Part shown: piece by piece, positions 61,991 through 64,000 of the stretch
Layout: each line of letters begins with the position of its first letter
Numbering within the stretch: position 1 is the first letter of the stretch
Program-made: the position numbers and the translations under genes
Origin: Eledone cirrhosa
Lineage: Eukaryota
Direction of reading: 5' to 3'
DNA length: 64,000 bases
NCBI GenBank assembly: GCA_964016885.1
Contig: OZ024748.1
Location: 36,642,001-36,706,000 of the forward strand
The notes under the pieces: model-generated
What the model saw: only the letters and a program-made list of their open reading frames with translations
Told to the model about the DNA's origin: nothing
Database searches by the model: none

Positions 61991-64000
61991 CCTCACAACA
62001 CATTAGACCATCCTGTAACTATACCCTGCCTCACAACACATTAGACAATCTTGTAACTATACCCTGCCCCCAACACATTAGACCATCCTGTAACTATATC
62101 CTACCTCACAACACTTTAGACCATCCTGTAAATATACCCTGCCTCACAACACATTAGTCCATTCTGTAAGTATACCCTGCCTCACAACACATTAGACCAT
62201 TCTGTAACTATACCCTGCCTCACAACACATTAGACCATTCTGTAACTTTACCCTGCCTCACAACACATTAGATCATCCTGTAGCTATACCCTGCCACACA
62301 ACATATTAGACCATTCTGTAACTCTATCCTGCCTCATAACACATTAGACCATCCTGTAACTATACCCTGCCTAACAAAACATTAGACCATTCTGTAACTA
62401 TACCCTGCCTCACAACACATTACACCATCCTGTAACTATACGCTGCCTCACAACACATTAAACCATTCTGTAACTATACCCTGCCTCACAAAACATTATA
62501 CCATCTTATAACTATACCCTTCCTCACAACACATTAGACTGTCCTGTAACTATATCCTACACCACAACACATTAGACCATCCTGTAACTATACCCAGCCA
62601 CACAATACATTAGAGCATTCTGTAACTATACCCTGCCTCACAACACATTAGACCATCCTGTAACTATACCCTGCCTCAGAACACATTACACCATTCTGTA
62701 ACTATATCCTTCCTCACAACACAGACCATTCTGTAACTATACCCTGCCTAACAACACATTAGACCATCCTGTAACTATACCCTGCCTCACAACACATTAG
62801 ATCATCCTGTAACTATAGACTGCCTCACAACACATTAGACCATCCTGTAACTATACCCTGCCTCACAATACATTAGAGCATTCTGTAACTATACCCTGCC
62901 TCACAACACATTAGACCATCCTGTAACGATACCCTGCCTCAGAACACATTACACCATTCTGTCTCTATATCCTTCCTCACAACACAGACCATTCTGTAAC
63001 TATACCCTGCCTAACAACACATTAGACCATCCTGTAACTATACCCTGCCTCACAACACATTAGATCATCCTGTAACTATACCCTGCCACACAACACATTA
63101 GACCATCCTGTAACTATATCCTACTTCACAAGACATTAGACCATCCTGTAACTAAGCCCTGCCTCACAACACATTAGACCATTCTGTAACTACACCCTGC
63201 CTCACAACACGTTAGACCATCCTGTAACTATAGCCTGACTCACAACAGATTAGACCATCCTGTAACTATATGCTATCCCACAACACATTAGACCATCCTG
63301 TAACTATACCCTGCCTCCCAACACATTAGACCATCCTGTAACTATATCTTACATCACAACACATTAGACCATCCTGTAACAATACCTTGCCTCACAAAAC
63401 ATTACACCATTCTGTAACCATACCTGCCTCACAACACATTAGACCATTCTGTTACTAAACGCTGCCTCACAATACATTAGATCATCCTGTAACTATACTC
63501 TGCACACAACACATTAGACCATCCTGTAACTCTGCCCAGTCTCACAACACATTAGACCATCCTGTAACTATACCCTGCCTCACAACACATTAGACCATCC
63601 TGTAACTAAACACTGCCTCACAACACATTAGATCATTCTGTAACTACACCCTGCCTCACAACACATTAGACCATCCTGTACCTATAGCCTGACTCATAAC
63701 ACATTAGACCATCCTGTAACTATATGCTACCCCACAACACATTAGACCATCCTGTAACTATACCCTGCCTCCCAACACATTAGACCATCCTGTAACTATA
63801 TCCTACCGCACAACACATTAGACCATTCTTTTACTATACCCAGCCTTACAACACATTAGATCATCCTGTAACTATACACTGCCACACAACACATTAGACC
63901 ATCCTGTAACTATATCCTGCCTCCCAACACATTTGACCATTTAGTAACTATACCCTGCATCACAACACATTAGACCATTCTGTAAATATACCCTGCCTCA

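Larger units (their letters stand above)
1..64000. repeat. 38-bp tandem satellite array, about 1,680-1,690 monomers, single orientation, truncated by both window edges
   Basis: Seen directly: TGCC starts at 1 and again at 39, and the motif ACACATTAGACCATYCTGTAACTATACCCTGCCTCACA recurs throughout. The consensus is C13 A12 T10 G3 (42% GC) with no CpG. Most monomers have 0-4 substitutions, with occasional 35- and 37-bp length variants. I saw no non-repeat interruption. Confidence 0.99.

Noticed and set aside
1-64000. CRISPR array (repeat length is in the CRISPR range)
   Set aside because: Monomers abut directly with no unique spacers, there is no leader or cas gene, and variation is scattered point change. 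An automated call here would be a false positive.
1-64000. Repetitive protein on the + strand (…ASQHIRPFCNYTLPHNTLDHSVTIPCLTTH*)
   Set aside because: 38 is not a multiple of 3, so every frame meets TAG and then TAA once per three monomers. Open stretches are only about 33 codons, the consensus has no ATG, and 37-bp variants shift the frame freely.
1-64000. Coding on the - strand
   Set aside because: The reverse-complement monomer GGGTATAGTTACAGAATGGTCTAATGTGTTGTGAGGCA has a stop in each of its three frames (TAA, TGA, TAG). The only ATG-started ORFs are trivial, such as ATG GTC TAA.
1-64000. Telomeric repeat or G-quadruplex array
   Set aside because: TAACTATACCC only loosely resembles TAACCC. 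There is one GGG run per 38 nt on the - strand, so loops would be about 35 nt, too long for a canonical G4.
1-64000. Variant order as a deliberate information store or diversity-generating cassette system
   Set aside because: The variant patterns are explained by point mutation plus block duplication in monomer register. No recombinase, reverse transcriptase or expression locus is present in the window.
1-64000. Pure sequencing artefact (rolling-circle concatemer)
   Set aside because: Rare variants recur in conserved order at several fixed kilobase offsets with nested ages, which random read error would not produce. The copy number of individual blocks could still be mis-assembled.

Overview
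The whole 64-kb window is one uninterrupted head-to-tail tandem array of a 38-bp monomer, consensus TGCCTCACAACACATTAGACCAT(T/C)CTGTAACTATACCC. That is about 1,680-1,690 copies (64000/38), all in one orientation and running off both ends. I saw no genes, RNA genes, mobile elements, CRISPR spacers or unique sequence. The consensus puts a stop codon at least once every three monomers in each + strand frame and once per monomer on the - strand. It is best read as non-coding satellite DNA, probably eukaryotic, and I do not recognise the family. The structure lies in the variant monomers, which define nested higher-order repeats (HORs) and recent block duplications with offsets of 1057, about 1397, 2993, 3527, 4044 and 6985/7175 bp. 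They also mark three successive variant domains (about 1-25.8 kb, 25.8-42 kb and 42-64 kb), which by eye become more divergent to the right. One monomer carries an apparent templated-insertion scar, present in two copies. I found no evidence for a new gene-encoded system; the interest is in satellite architecture and turnover. Block boundaries were read by eye and are good to about one or two monomers.
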